Assembly (NCBI GenBank): GCA_028534125.1
Contig: CM052816.1
Location: 56,980,001 to 57,044,000 of the forward strand
DNA: 64,000 nt
Reading direction: 5' to 3'
DNA from: Lama glama
Taxonomy: Eukaryota
Part shown: piece by piece, positions 63,431 through 64,000 of the stretch
How positions within the stretch are numbered: the first letter of the stretch is position 1
Layout of the letters: every line of letters begins with the position of its first letter
Position numbers and translations under genes: made by a program
Notes under the pieces: model-generated
What the model saw: the letters and a program-made list of their open reading frames with translations, nothing else
The model's database searches: none
Told to the model about the DNA's origin: nothing

Positions 63431-64000
63431 TTAATCCACGCCAGCGGTGAAAAGCCTCAGGTTGGTGGCAGGCTCACCTCCCACTGCCAGGCTTCTTCCT
63501 GGTCTGGTTTGCGAAGCAGACTTTGCGCCCAGGATGGGGTGAGGTCACCGGTGAGGATGTGCGTCTAATGTTGGGGATTCTTTGGCCCAAGGATTGAGGG
63601 ACTGACAAAAGAATGCGAAAATGATGCTGTTGACAGTCACGTCTGCTGCTTTAATTCGGGCTGTTGTCCCAGTGTCCTGGTAGAAATTAGCCATTTCCTC
63701 TGTATCCCATGCAAACTTACTCTTTCAAGGAGAGGAATAGTTGGTAGAGGAAAAAAAACATAATGATTTACACACAGTACAAAATGTGAACAAGGCTGGT
63801 TTGGTGAAGATGCAAAGGGAGCAATATTTAGTTGTTCATTCAAAATTGTGTGTGGAAGGCCATGAAGGTCAGTAAAGGACTCCTCTACATAGGAAGCACC
63901 AAATTTTAGTTGTAGTGGTTAAAGTGACCTTTGCCAACTCCATGAGCATGCGGGCCTGCTCCTGGGCAAACACAGGAAAGCGAAGACGTAAGACCAGAAC

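Noticed and set aside
1..64000. Novel multi-gene, defence or CRISPR-type system
   Set aside because: Mammalian single-gene locus plus gene desert; no operon, repeat-spacer array or intact mobile-element enzyme was found.

Overview
Mammalian genomic DNA, most likely a camelid (three vic-1-type tRNA-Ala-derived SINEs). The window starts in the promoter CpG island of the intronless forkhead gene FOXD1 (CDS 344-1768, + strand, 474 aa; poly(A) signal 2430-2435). It then runs about 61 kb into the downstream gene desert, where I found no other supportable protein-coding gene. The desert holds four orphan CpG islands (about 3.8-4.5, 11-13, 27.1-27.8 and 61-63.4 kb), two fixed 500-N scaffold gaps and many interspersed repeats: young L1 3' ends with target-site duplications (TSDs), old L1/L2/MIR, MLT1 solo LTRs, an ERV-L relic with dUTPase and integrase remnants, a near-full-length HAL1, MER5, MER91, MARNA and MADE2. 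I see no evidence of a new multi-gene system. The best leads are regulatory: an 11-codon uORF whose stop overlaps the FOXD1 start (ATGA), an exact 29-bp palindrome-containing direct repeat 1.6 kb apart, a perfect double-octamer palindrome, and motif clusters in and near the CpG islands. There is also an unidentified retrocopy-like fragment at about 47.7-48.2 kb. Repeat family names and human comparisons come from recalled sequences rather than a search, and boundaries of old repeats are approximate.
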